From assembly GCA_964499225.1 (NCBI GenBank), contig CAZCJR010000003.1, positions 42,340-106,339 on the forward strand: DNA of 64,000 nucleotides, written 5' to 3'. The notes under the pieces were generated by a model. The model saw only the letters and a program-made list of their open reading frames with translations, did no database searches and was not told where the DNA came from. The first letter of the stretch is position 1, and each line of letters begins with the position of its first letter. Of this stretch, positions 10,807 to 20,615 are shown one piece after another. Both the position numbers and the translations under genes were made by a program. The stretch comes from an uncultured Cellvibrionaceae bacterium (GTDB lineage: Bacteria; Pseudomonadota; Gammaproteobacteria; Pseudomonadales; Cellvibrionaceae).

Positions 10807-11724
10807 ATGAATATATTAATTACTGGTGGAGCCGGATATAAAGGAATATTATTGACTGAAAAGTTATTAATTATGGGATATACTGTGACTATTTTAGATA
10901 ATTTTATGTATGGTTATGAAAGTGTATTGCATTTGATTAAGTATAAAAATTTAAAAATTAAAAAATTAGACATAAGAAATATTACCGAAAATGATATAAA
11001 AAATTATGATGTTATTTATCATTTAGCTGGTATAAGTGGTATGCCTGCATGTGCTACTAATCCACATTCAGCAGAAAGTATTAATGTAGAATCTGTTTCA
11101 AAAATGGTTAAATTTTTATCTAAAGAACAAATTTTAATAAACGCTTCTACAACGTCATCATATGGTAATTGTGTTGGTTTAGTAAATGAAAAAACAGAAT
11201 TTTCACCAGTTAGTATATATGGTAAAACTAAACGAGAAGCGGAAAAGATAATTCAAAATAGAGAAAATAGTATATCATTAAGATTTGCAACTGTTTTTGG
11301 TACTTCTCCAAGAATGAGAAATGATTTAATGGTGAATGATTTTGTATATAAAGCAATACATGATAGAAGTGTTATATTATTCGCTGGTGAAACAAAAAGA
11401 ACATTTATTCACATAGATGATGCTGTTGATTCATATATATTTGCACTTAAAAATTTTTATGATATGAAAGGAGATGTTTATAATGTAGGTGATGAAGAAT
11501 TAAATTTATCAAAAATTGAAATAACAGATAAAATAAAAAATTATGTAGATTTTCAAGTTATTAATTCGGTTTTAACTGATTTGGATAATAGAAATTTTGA
11601 AATTTCTTTTCAGAAAATAAAAAAACATGGTTTTAATGTTACAAGAACATTAGAAGACGGTATAGTTGATTTGGTGAAATTATATAATTTTTACATTCAA
11701 TATACACCATATAAAGTAATATAA
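10807..11724 (+). CDS. NAD-dependent epimerase/dehydratase (extended SDR)
   Basis: MNILITGGAGYKG, ASTTSSYG, YGKTK and LRFATVFG. Confidence 0.9.
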   Translation: MNILITGGAGYKGILLTEKLLIMGYTVTILDNFMYGYESVLHLIKYKNLKIKKLDIRNITENDIKNYDVIYHLAGISGMPACATNPHSAESINVESVSKMVKFLSKEQILINASTTSSYGNCVGLVNEKTEFSPVSIYGKTKREAEKIIQNRENSISLRFATVFGTSPRMRNDLMVNDFVYKAIHDRSVILFAGETKRTFIHIDDAVDSYIFALKNFYDMKGDVYNVGDEELNLSKIEITDKIKNYVDFQVINSVLTDLDNRNFEISFQKIKKHGFNVTRTLEDGIVDLVKLYNFYIQYTPYKVI

Positions 11725-11725
11725 A

Positions 11726-12565
11726 ATGAGAATAATATTTTTTAATCATTATCATAATGGAGATATTCATTATTCGAGAGAATTTATCAAAGATATAATA
11801 AGAAAAACATCGGCTGATGAATATTGTTATTATCATATTAATAAATCAAATTTGTTGAAGGATATTGATGTTGCATATGGTGATCCACAAAATATAGATC
11901 GGCAAAAACAAATAATAGAAGTATCGGATAATATATTCATTAATACATGGATTGGTCAATGTGGTGCTAAATACATAACTAAAGATTGTTCAATTTATAG
12001 TAATTATAATATGTATAAAGATATTTTCAATTTTCTAAATATCGAAATAGAAGAATTAGAATATTATTTACCAAGTATAAATTATGATAAATTGGATACA
12101 ATAAACATAGAAGATTTTTTATCTAAAAATAAAAATAAAAAAATACTAATATGTAATGGTTCTGTATTATCTGGTCAATGTCCAAACTTCAGTTTTGATC
12201 AAATAATTTTTGATTTGTCATTAGATTTTCCTAATATAGATTTTATATTAACTAATAAAATAAATATATCTAATTTTAATATATTTTTTACAGATAATAT
12301 AATAAATATACCATTAAGTGATTTGAATGAAATATCTTATCTATCAACAAAATGCGATATTATTGTTGGTAGGGCATCTGGTCCACACGCATTTACACAC
12401 ATAAAAGAAAATTATAATAATATAAACAAAACATATATTAGTTTTGCTGATAAAATACTTGAAGGAAATTGGTATTCTAGTGATAAATGTAAACAAATAT
12501 GGTCTAATAATTATGATGAATCTTTAATAAAAGAAACAATAAAAAAAGAATTAGAAAAATTATGA
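11726..12565 (+). CDS. Putative GT-B (GT9-like) glycosyltransferase
   Basis: N-terminal GDIH and C-terminal CDIIVGRASGP resemble GT9 motifs; context. Confidence 0.45.
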   Translation: MRIIFFNHYHNGDIHYSREFIKDIIRKTSADEYCYYHINKSNLLKDIDVAYGDPQNIDRQKQIIEVSDNIFINTWIGQCGAKYITKDCSIYSNYNMYKDIFNFLNIEIEELEYYLPSINYDKLDTINIEDFLSKNKNKKILICNGSVLSGQCPNFSFDQIIFDLSLDFPNIDFILTNKINISNFNIFFTDNIINIPLSDLNEISYLSTKCDIIVGRASGPHAFTHIKENYNNINKTYISFADKILEGNWYSSDKCKQIWSNNYDESLIKETIKKELEKL

Positions 12566-12906
12566 TAGGAGAAAAAATAGAAGAACTAATTAAAATTAAA
12601 GTGTGTGAAATACTTAATAAAAATAAAAATATAGAATTGCCAGATGATTTAATAGAAACTGATAATCTTGGAGAGGTTATAGAAAAATTATCAATACTTC
12701 ATTGTAGAATGTGGTATTTGGAGGATGCTATGGCTGATGCTAAAACAGATTCGGAATTAGCGAATTTGAAAAGAAAAGTAGATATTTGTTTTAAACAAAA
12801 ACGACCAAAATATGTTCAAGCTATTAACAGAATGGTTGACAATGCTATTATAAATGAAAAAAGTCTTATTGAAGATTCTGTAAAAAAATATAAAGGTTAT
12901 GAATAA
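12562..12906 (+). CDS. Small helical protein, DUF4254-like
   Basis: ETDNLGEVIEKLSILHCRMWYLED resembles the DUF4254 core. Confidence 0.45.
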   Translation: MIGEKIEELIKIKVCEILNKNKNIELPDDLIETDNLGEVIEKLSILHCRMWYLEDAMADAKTDSELANLKRKVDICFKQKRPKYVQAINRMVDNAIINEKSLIEDSVKKYKGYE

Positions 12907-13687
12907 TTTAGTGATAGGAAATACATCACAATTATCATATTATTTTCCTGAAGATTATATAAAAATATCGTCAAGAAATATAGATTTCGAATATCATAAA
13001 ACACAAAAATATGATAGAATATTTTTGTGTTTTGCTGAACAAAGAACATTTATAGAAGATGATAAAAAATTATTTACTGATATAAATGTTGATTATACAA
13101 TAAAAGTTATAGATGAATTAAAAGATTGTTGTACTAAGATAGTTGTGTATTCAACTTGTGAATTGTGGAATAATTGTGATGGTCAAGTAAAAATCGAACA
13201 ATCATATAATTATAATTATTCACCATATATAGAATCAAAAGAGATGATGTCGGAATATATAATGAGTAATTATTCTTATGATGATGTGATAGTTTTATTT
13301 CCTTTTAATTTTAACTCACCACATAGAAAGCCAGGATTTTTATTTAGTAAAATATTCGATTCTATAATAAATAATAAAAAAATAGAAATAGGAGATACAT
13401 ATTTTTATAGAGATTTAGTACATCCAAAATATGTTGTTGAAAGATCAATATTAGAACAAGAACATGCCTTAGTTGGTTCTGGTAGATTAACATTTGTGAA
13501 TGATTTTATAAGAAAATTGTATTCTGGTATGGATATGAATTATGATGAATATGTAACTGAAAATTTCGATTGTAATCTTAAAGTTAAAAGAAAAACCTTT
13601 TGGGAAGAATCGAATATATGTAAGTATGAAAAAATAATTGATGATACGATAAATGAAATCAAAAAAATCAAAAATAAACTTAGTTAA
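12899..13687 (+). CDS. Atypical short SDR / NDP-sugar reductase-epimerase
   Basis: LVIGNTSQLS (degenerate Rossmann motif), YSTCELW, YIESK and FNFNSP. Confidence 0.6.
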   Translation: MNNLVIGNTSQLSYYFPEDYIKISSRNIDFEYHKTQKYDRIFLCFAEQRTFIEDDKKLFTDINVDYTIKVIDELKDCCTKIVVYSTCELWNNCDGQVKIEQSYNYNYSPYIESKEMMSEYIMSNYSYDDVIVLFPFNFNSPHRKPGFLFSKIFDSIINNKKIEIGDTYFYRDLVHPKYVVERSILEQEHALVGSGRLTFVNDFIRKLYSGMDMNYDEYVTENFDCNLKVKRKTFWEESNICKYEKIIDDTINEIKKIKNKLS

Positions 13688-14822
13688 AGATACTATTAAT
13701 AATGATGATATTGATAGTTTGATAGATTGGTTAAAGACCTATCCAAGACTAACTAAAGGAGAATTGACAATAGAATTCGAAAAAATATGGTCTGAATGGT
13801 TGGGTGTTAAGTATTCAGTTTTTATAAATTCTGGATCATCAGCTAATTTAGCTATGATATATTCCTTACTACAATCAAATAAATTAAAAAATAATAAAAT
13901 AATTGTACCAAGTGTTTCTTGGGTTACTACTGTATCTCCTACTATGCAATTTGGTATGCAACCAATATTATGTGAATGTGATGAAGATACTTTAGGTTTG
14001 GATATTAATCATTTTGAAAAACTTTGTAAAGAACATAATCCATCAGTAGTTATATTAGTTCATGTTTTAGGTTTTCCTAATAAAATGAAGGAAATAATGG
14101 ATATTTGTGATAGATACGGTGTTATTTTATTGGAAGATTCTTGTGAAACCGTAGGTTCATTGTATGATAATAAAAAAACTGGTACATTTGGTTTAATGAG
14201 TTCATTTTCATTTTATTTTGGACATCATTTATCAACGATAGAAGGTGGTATGATATGTACAGATGATAAAGAATTATATAATTTATTATTATCTATTAGA
14301 AGTCATGGCTGGAGTCGAGATTTAGATTTAGAAACTCAAAATAAGTTAAAAGAAGAATATGATATAGATGATTTTAAATCTTTATATACATTTTTTTATC
14401 CTGGATTCAATTTAAGGTCAACTGATTTACAAGCAAAAATAGGTATAGATCAAATGAAAAAAATCGATCAACATAATATAATTAGAAGTAATAATTTTAA
14501 AATATATCATGAGAATATTTTTAATGATTATTGGAAAATAAATCCAGTAGATGGTTTCATATCAAATTTTAATTATCCTATTATACATCCAAAAAAAGAT
14601 GAAATAGTTAAAAAATTAATGGAAAATAATATTGAATGTCGTCCATTAGTTTGTGGTTCAATTGGTAAACAACCATTTTGGAAAAAATTATATGGTGAAA
14701 CTAATTTTGAATTTGCTGATAAAGTAGATGAATTAGGTTTGTATGTACCTAATAATCATCAAATTACAGAAGAAGAATTATTTAGAATAATAGATACTAT
14801 AAATAGTGTCACAAAACAATGA
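13653..14822 (+). CDS. colD: PLP-dependent DegT-family enzyme, GDP-4-keto-6-deoxymannose 3-dehydratase (ColD)-like
   Basis: NSGSSAN and LLEDSCE; [14 protein letters not shown] has His at the usual Schiff-base Lys position; RSHGW; no Fe-S Cys insert of RfbH/E1; adjacent to gmd. Confidence 0.75.
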   Translation: MKSKKSKINLVKDTINNDDIDSLIDWLKTYPRLTKGELTIEFEKIWSEWLGVKYSVFINSGSSANLAMIYSLLQSNKLKNNKIIVPSVSWVTTVSPTMQFGMQPILCECDEDTLGLDINHFEKLCKEHNPSVVILVHVLGFPNKMKEIMDICDRYGVILLEDSCETVGSLYDNKKTGTFGLMSSFSFYFGHHLSTIEGGMICTDDKELYNLLLSIRSHGWSRDLDLETQNKLKEEYDIDDFKSLYTFFYPGFNLRSTDLQAKIGIDQMKKIDQHNIIRSNNFKIYHENIFNDYWKINPVDGFISNFNYPIIHPKKDEIVKKLMENNIECRPLVCGSIGKQPFWKKLYGETNFEFADKVDELGLYVPNNHQITEEELFRIIDTINSVTKQ

Positions 14823-17119
14823 AAAAAATGAAAAAAGCGTTAATAACAGGAATAACAGGACAAGACGGCTCGTACTTGACAGAATTATTATTAAAAAAAG
14901 GATATGAAGTTCACGGTGTTGTGAGAAGAAGTAGTTCCATAAATACAACCAGAATAGATCATATGTATTCTAATTCAAAATTAACATTACATTATGGTGA
15001 TATGTCTGATTCATTGTCATTAGATGGTTTAATTAATTTAATCAAACCGGATGAAATATATAATCTTGCAGCTCAATCTCACGTTCATGTTTCTTTTCAA
15101 ATACCAGAATATACTGGTCAGGTTGATGCTTTGGGAACATTAAAATTGATAGAAGCTGTAAAAAAACATTGTCCTAATTGTAAAATTTATAATGCGACAA
15201 CATCAGAATTATATGGTAAAGTTCAGGAAATACCACAAACCGAAACTACACCATTTTATCCAAGATCGCCATATGGCGTTGCAAAACTATATTCATACTG
15301 GATATCTAAAAATTATAGAGAAAGTTATAATATGTTTATTTCTAATGGTATTTTATTTAATCATGAAACAAGTGCTGATTTTACTCCCATGATTTTTAAA
15401 ATTGATGATGAAATAGATATTAAGCCAATTTCTGAAATAGTTAAATATCATACTAATAAAGGAAAAACATCAATAGATGTAAATAAAAAAGAATATCAAG
15501 GAACAGAAGTTAGTGAAGATTTATATGTTTGGGATAAAAATGATTGGACAAAAGTAAAATTTGCATCTGGATATCCACATGATATAGAAAATGATAATAA
15601 AAATCCTAGATTTTTAATTAGTAAAAATGCTTCATATTTAGCTACATCATCTCATAAATGTATAATGGAAGATGAAAGTGAAAAAACATTTGGTGATATT
15701 GAAATAGGGGATAAAGTGAATTTAATTGAATATCCTATAATTTTAGAAAAAGAAATAGAATTATCAGAAAAAGAGTCAGAATTAATTGGTTTTATTGTAG
15801 GTGATGGTAATTATAATCAAAAAAGAAACAGTCTTAGATTAACAGGAAAAGAGACAAATTTTTTAGAAAAATATTCTAAAATATGGGAAGAACTTGGAGG
15901 TGATGTATATAAATATCAAAGTGTTTCAGGATTTAATGAAAATGAAAAAATATGGCAATATGATTTAAATTCAAATAAAGAATGGAATAAAAAATATTTG
16001 AATGATATATATGATGAATATAATAAAAAAAGAGTACCTAAATTTATATTAAATTCAAATAAAAAAATACAATTGCTTTTTCTTAAAGGTTATAATAATG
16101 CTGATGGTTTAAAATCTAATTCCTGTAAATATGAATTTAAGAATTTTAAAACAAATTCACACACATTATCTGCAGGTCTAATATATCTTTTAAAAAATAC
16201 AACAGGTCAAGACTATAATATTAATATTGAAAGAAAACATAATTTCGGTGAAGAAAGAATATATTATTCAATTAATATTTTAAGTGATTCTAATAAAGGA
16301 CAAAATCATAGAAATAATATAGATAAATATAATTTAGTGTTAAATTTAATAGAAGATGGATATTCACAAAGAAAAATACAAAGAGAAACAGGAATTAGTA
16401 GAACATTCATAAGAAAAATACAAAATGGTTATATACCGAATAATTCACATCATTTGGAAATAAATAAAAACACCATCAAAAAAATAATAGAGATGAAAGA
16501 TTATGATGGTTGGTTTTTTGATTTGGAAACTGAGAGTGGTACTTTTCATGCTGGTGTTGGTCAAGGACATATTCATAATAGTGAAAGAAGAGGTGAAACA
16601 TTTGTAACGAGAAAAATAACAATTGCTATATCTAAAATAGTTAAAGGAACACAAGAAATTTTGGAATTGGGTAATTTAGACTCTAAAAGAGATTGGGGTT
16701 ATGCTCCTGATTATGTTGAGGGTATGTGGAGGATTTTACAATCTGATAAACCAGATGATTTTGTATTAGCGACTAATGAAACACATTCTATTAGAGAATT
16801 TATAGAAGAAAGTGTTGAAGTATATAATGATTGGTTATATTATACCATTCGTGAACATAATTTATGTTTACCGGAATTTGATAATTTCCAATATATAGAT
16901 TTGGAATGGAGAGGTGAAGGAGTTAATGAAGTAGGTTTTTGTAAAAATAGAAATAAAGTAATAATTAAAATAAATCCTAAATATTATAGACCGGCTGAAG
17001 TAGATTTATTGTTAGGTGATCCAACAAAAGCAAAAGATATATTGGGTTGGGAACCAAAAACAAAATTTAAAGAATTAGTTGAAAAAATGATGATTCATGA
17101 TTTAAATTCTAAAAATTAG
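14819..17119 (+). CDS. gmd: GDP-mannose 4,6-dehydratase interrupted by an intein
   Basis: [31 protein letters not shown], and LFNHE|...|[32 protein letters not shown]. Confidence 0.97.
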   Translation: MKKMKKALITGITGQDGSYLTELLLKKGYEVHGVVRRSSSINTTRIDHMYSNSKLTLHYGDMSDSLSLDGLINLIKPDEIYNLAAQSHVHVSFQIPEYTGQVDALGTLKLIEAVKKHCPNCKIYNATTSELYGKVQEIPQTETTPFYPRSPYGVAKLYSYWISKNYRESYNMFISNGILFNHETSADFTPMIFKIDDEIDIKPISEIVKYHTNKGKTSIDVNKKEYQGTEVSEDLYVWDKNDWTKVKFASGYPHDIENDNKNPRFLISKNASYLATSSHKCIMEDESEKTFGDIEIGDKVNLIEYPIILEKEIELSEKESELIGFIVGDGNYNQKRNSLRLTGKETNFLEKYSKIWEELGGDVYKYQSVSGFNENEKIWQYDLNSNKEWNKKYLNDIYDEYNKKRVPKFILNSNKKIQLLFLKGYNNADGLKSNSCKYEFKNFKTNSHTLSAGLIYLLKNTTGQDYNINIERKHNFGEERIYYSINILSDSNKGQNHRNNIDKYNLVLNLIEDGYSQRKIQRETGISRTFIRKIQNGYIPNNSHHLEINKNTIKKIIEMKDYDGWFFDLETESGTFHAGVGQGHIHNSERRGETFVTRKITIAISKIVKGTQEILELGNLDSKRDWGYAPDYVEGMWRILQSDKPDDFVLATNETHSIREFIEESVEVYNDWLYYTIREHNLCLPEFDNFQYIDLEWRGEGVNEVGFCKNRNKVIIKINPKYYRPAEVDLLLGDPTKAKDILGWEPKTKFKELVEKMMIHDLNSKN
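15368..16579 (+). mobile_element. 404-aa intein with LAGLIDADG homing endonuclease and extra HTH, in gmd
   Basis: Inserted between NHE and S of conserved NHES; block B ATSSH, block [10 protein letters not shown], block [11 protein letters not shown], block F WFFDLET, terminal HN/S; first residue is Thr. Confidence 0.93.
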
Positions 17120-17146
17120 TTATTCTCAAAAAGAATAACTAATTTT
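17112..17146. terminator. 15-bp perfect hairpin at the end of gmd
   Basis: aaaattagttattct-caaaa-agaataactaatttt followed by T-rich sequence. Confidence 0.7.
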
Positions 17147-17152
17147 GTTTTT

Positions 17153-17935
17153 ATGAAGAAAGTACATTTAGATAAATTATTACATATTGCTATTGTTGCC
17201 GCCTATGAAGCCGGTGTTGAAATTATTAAAGTAAGAAATAGTGTTGATATCGGTGCTGTTAAAAAGATAGATAAAAGTTATGTAACTGATGCTGATATAA
17301 ATGCAAATAATGTTATAATGTCAGCATTGAAACAAACAGGTATATCAATTATAAGTGAAGAAATTGATAATGATATCAAAAGAAGTAATATTGTTTGGAT
17401 TGTAGATCCATTAGATGGTACATCAGAATTTGTTGCTGGTGGAGAAGAATTCACAGTAAATATAGCCTTGATAGAAAATCGAAAAGTCGTATTAGGTGTA
17501 GTGTATGTTCCAATGACAAAAGAATTATATTTTGCTCATAAATATATTGGTTCATATAAAATAATAGGTGATGATATAGTAAAAGGTATTGATTATTTAA
17601 TAGATAAATCAGTTAAATTACCATATACTAAGACAGAAGTATATACCATCGTTGCCAGTAAATTAAATTTAGATAAGAAAACAAAATTCTTTATTGATAC
17701 TATAAGTGAAGGAAAAGAAGTAGTATATAAAAATAGATCAAGTTCGTTAAAATTTTGTATGATAGCCGAAGGAAATGCCGATATCTATCCAAGATATTCT
17801 TGTATTTTTGAATGGGATACCGCAGCATCTCACGCAATTGTTAAATTTGCTGGAAAAAATATATATACTTTATATGGATATGAATTAACATATAATAAAA
17901 AATATTTAATGAATCCGTATTTCATAGTAAAATAA
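17153..17935 (+). CDS. cysQ: 3'(2'),5'-bisphosphate nucleotidase
   Basis: VTDAD, IISEE, WIVDPLDGT, SSLKFCMIAEG and EWDTAA. Confidence 0.92.
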   Translation: MKKVHLDKLLHIAIVAAYEAGVEIIKVRNSVDIGAVKKIDKSYVTDADINANNVIMSALKQTGISIISEEIDNDIKRSNIVWIVDPLDGTSEFVAGGEEFTVNIALIENRKVVLGVVYVPMTKELYFAHKYIGSYKIIGDDIVKGIDYLIDKSVKLPYTKTEVYTIVASKLNLDKKTKFFIDTISEGKEVVYKNRSSSLKFCMIAEGNADIYPRYSCIFEWDTAASHAIVKFAGKNIYTLYGYELTYNKKYLMNPYFIVK

Positions 17936-17944
17936 ATTAAATAT

Positions 17945-18121
17945 ATGGATCAAGCTAAACATAATTATTTGAAGTCGATAGATATGGATTATCGACTTCT
18001 TGTTAGAAAAATAGAAGAATTAGAATCAAAAGATAAATTAGATTCTGGTGAAGAAGAACATTTAGATGTATTGATTCAGTTAAGAGATGAAAAATTAGAT
18101 AATATAGAATTAGGAAGATGA
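17945..18121 (+). CDS. 58-aa hypothetical protein with C-terminal LRDEKLDNI motif variant (not in ORF track)
   Basis: MDQAKHNYL...LRDEKLDNIELGR*; TGA overlaps the smpB ATG. Confidence 0.6.
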   Translation: MDQAKHNYLKSIDMDYRLLVRKIEELESKDKLDSGEEEHLDVLIQLRDEKLDNIELGR

Positions 18122-18585
18122 AAGATAAAGATAAAAATAAAATTATAAATATTAAAAATAAAAAAGCCTATTTCAAATATGAAATAATGGAGAATTATGT
18201 GTCTGGTGTTCAATTAGTTGGAACAGAGATTAAATCTATAAGAACTGGTGATGTTAGTTTTACAGATGCTTATTGTTATTTTAAAGATAATGAATTGTTT
18301 TTAAAAAGTTTTCATATTTCTGAGTATGAACAAGCTTCATCATATAATTCACATGAACCAAAAAGAGATAGGAAATTACTTCTTACTAAGAAAGAACTTA
18401 AGAAATTAAGTGATAAAGTAAAAGAAGGTGGTTTAACTATTGTTCCATTAAGATTGTTTATCAATGATAGAGGTTTAGCTAAATTTGATATTGGTTTAGC
18501 TAAAGGGAAAAAATTGTATGATAAACGGGAATCAATTAAAGAAAAAGATCTTAAACGATCAGAAGATAGAAAAATAAAATTATAA
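18118..18585 (+). CDS. smpB: SsrA (tmRNA)-binding protein
   Basis: NKKAYFKY, GVQLVGTEIKSIR, RDRKLLL, GLTIVPLRLF and GKKLYDKRESIK. Confidence 0.97.
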   Translation: MKDKDKNKIINIKNKKAYFKYEIMENYVSGVQLVGTEIKSIRTGDVSFTDAYCYFKDNELFLKSFHISEYEQASSYNSHEPKRDRKLLLTKKELKKLSDKVKEGGLTIVPLRLFINDRGLAKFDIGLAKGKKLYDKRESIKEKDLKRSEDRKIKL

Positions 18586-18589
18586 TTAT

Positions 18590-19312
18590 ATGTATAAATT
18601 AATTGATACTTTTTCTGAATTTATTTTAAATGAAACATTGAAGACACACGATGTTGATTTATCTATAAAAAATATTAATACGGAATTATCGTTAATGAGA
18701 TATAATTTTGAAATATCTAAAAAAGATAATATTATAGAATTATTACTCAAAGGATTTAGATATATTCAAAATCCTCATATTTCATTAGAACATATAAATA
18801 GTTTATTTATAGATAGACACGGTTGGTACCCATCAAAAATGATATTGTTTGATTTAGTAGGTTCAAATAATATATTATCATATGATGAAGAATATTTATA
18901 TGATAAAATACAATATTTAGAAACGGTCACAATAATATATGAACCTAAATTTGATCTTCTTATAAAAAATCCTAATAAATGTTATCATTTATCAATTCAA
19001 GAATATGAAAACTCTACACTTGGTAAAGGTTTAATGCCAAAATCTAAATCCAAATTATCTAGACATTTAGATAGAATATATTTGTGTAAAGATGTATCAG
19101 ATTGTTATAATTTGATTGCAAAGATGAAAGCTGATTATATGATTAAGAAAAAGGGAAAATCAAAAATAAACACAAAATGGATAATATATGAAATAAATAT
19201 GATTGGTAAAAAAATTGATTTATATGAAGATCCAAATTATAAAGATAAAGGATTTTATTGTGTTGATAATATTGAAAAAGATAGAATAAAAATATACGAT
19301 AAAGAAATTTAA
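18590..19312 (+). CDS. Putative ADP-ribosyltransferase/KptA-fold protein with CTS-like leader
   Basis: CYHLS...GLMPK...RIYLC pattern; N-terminus MYKLIDTFSEFILNE. Confidence 0.5.
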   Translation: MYKLIDTFSEFILNETLKTHDVDLSIKNINTELSLMRYNFEISKKDNIIELLLKGFRYIQNPHISLEHINSLFIDRHGWYPSKMILFDLVGSNNILSYDEEYLYDKIQYLETVTIIYEPKFDLLIKNPNKCYHLSIQEYENSTLGKGLMPKSKSKLSRHLDRIYLCKDVSDCYNLIAKMKADYMIKKKGKSKINTKWIIYEINMIGKKIDLYEDPNYKDKGFYCVDNIEKDRIKIYDKEI

Positions 19313-19956
19313 GCTAAAATAGTAATAGATACATCATCATCAGACAAAATCGCTTTAATTTCGTCATTATTCATAAATTTCTTAAAATTGTCAGATTCTT
19401 TATCACCTGATAATTGCCAGTCATTTCCAGAATTTGAAGTCACATAAACATATGTTTTACCACCTTTTTTAATTTCGATAGATTTGTTAGTCAATTTATC
19501 ATAAAAATGTTTCATATCAGCATTTACTTTATAACACTTAACGTCATTCCAGTTAGCATCATTTCTTTTTTTACTTTGATATATTATATATTTTGGTTGT
19601 TCCAATTCAGAAGCATCTTTATCATATAAAGAGAAAAATTTAATAAGTATTGTATTATCTATGAATGTTTCTGTTTCTTCGGTTGATTCTAATTCATTCT
19701 TTTTATAATCGTCTTTAGTTAGACTTTCATTGAATTTGTCATTTTCGTATAATTCCTCAATAGAAAAATCTGATTTTATATCATCCGGATTTAAAGTAAA
19801 TGTTTGATAAAGATCAACCTCTTCAGCTTTTATACTATTTAATAAAGCATCTGAATCAGTTACAATAGATTCAAGAATATCTGCATCATTGAATATTTCA
19901 ACCATTTCTATGGCATTTTCAAATATAAATGTATTATAGTTTTTTAAATTTTTCAT
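19309..19956 (-). CDS. Hypothetical protein with CTS-like leader
   Basis: MKNLKNYNTFIFEN. Confidence 0.75.
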   Translation of the reverse strand: MKNLKNYNTFIFENAIEMVEIFNDADILESIVTDSDALLNSIKAEEVDLYQTFTLNPDDIKSDFSIEELYENDKFNESLTKDDYKKNELESTEETETFIDNTILIKFFSLYDKDASELEQPKYIIYQSKKRNDANWNDVKCYKVNADMKHFYDKLTNKSIEIKKGGKTYVYVTSNSGNDWQLSGDKESDNFKKFMNNDEIKAILSDDDVSITILA

Positions 19957-20252
19957 TTATTTATATTGGATATTTTTTTAGACATTTTATTTCTTCTTTT
20001 TAACTCATTTAAGTATATTAATGATTCTTCGTCTATGATATTACCTTTTTTATAGATATCGTCTATTAGATCTATTAAATCTTCGTTATTTGTTATTCTA
20101 TAATAGAACTCATTTAAATATTCTGGTGAATTTTCTTTTATCTTTAATTTTATAGAATTTATCAATGGTGAAATGTCATCTATATTTTTTAAGAACCATT
20201 TAGTATAATCGTCTACTAATCTACTTTCGTTATATGATTTTAAATATTTCAT
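19953..20252 (-). CDS. Hypothetical protein with CTS-like leader
   Basis: MKYLKSYNES. Confidence 0.75.
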   Translation of the reverse strand: MKYLKSYNESRLVDDYTKWFLKNIDDISPLINSIKLKIKENSPEYLNEFYYRITNNEDLIDLIDDIYKKGNIIDEESLIYLNELKRRNKMSKKISNINK

Positions 20253-20253
20253 A

Positions 20254-20547
20254 TTACCAATCTTCGCTACTTATTATTTGATTATTCTGGTCTAGAATAA
20301 ATGTAGTATTACAATCTTCACCACTGCAACCACCACCATGACTAACTAATTTATATCCATTTTCACATAAAATACCAACAGCTTGAGCATAATATCCTTC
20401 TGGTGTAGTTTCAACATAAGATGTTATTTTTTGATCTTGTATATATTTATCAAATGTTTCATCAAATGTTTCATCAAATGTTAGACCTCTACCTAAATCT
20501 TTGTAATCTAAATCATGATGATCTTCAAATTTTTTAATATGTTTCAT
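20254..20547 (-). CDS. Hypothetical protein with CTS-like leader
   Basis: MKHIKKFED; contains a 12-bp tandem repeat (TFDE x3, 20449-20482). Confidence 0.75.
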   Translation of the reverse strand: MKHIKKFEDHHDLDYKDLGRGLTFDETFDETFDKYIQDQKITSYVETTPEGYYAQAVGILCENGYKLVSHGGGCSGEDCNTTFILDQNNQIISSEDW

Positions 20548-20615
20548 AATAATTGGTTCTATTTTACATTATATATATAAAAAAACAAATACAATAAAAA
20601 ATAATATAATGATTT

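Noticed and set aside
15368-16579. Class 3 intein explanation for the non-Cys/Ser first residue
   Set aside because: Block F has Asp rather than Cys, and the block G position before His is Ile rather than Thr
17117-17155. gmd TAG is in frame with the cysQ ATG with no intervening stop (possible readthrough fusion)
   Set aside because: The spacer is a 15-bp terminator-like hairpin, the in-frame chance is about 1 in 3, and there is no ATG-NNN-TAG-ATT context
20505-20516. A fourth ATG-ATT-TAG-ATT on the minus strand
   Set aside because: It lies out of frame inside a coding gene (HDLDY) and is consistent with the chance background
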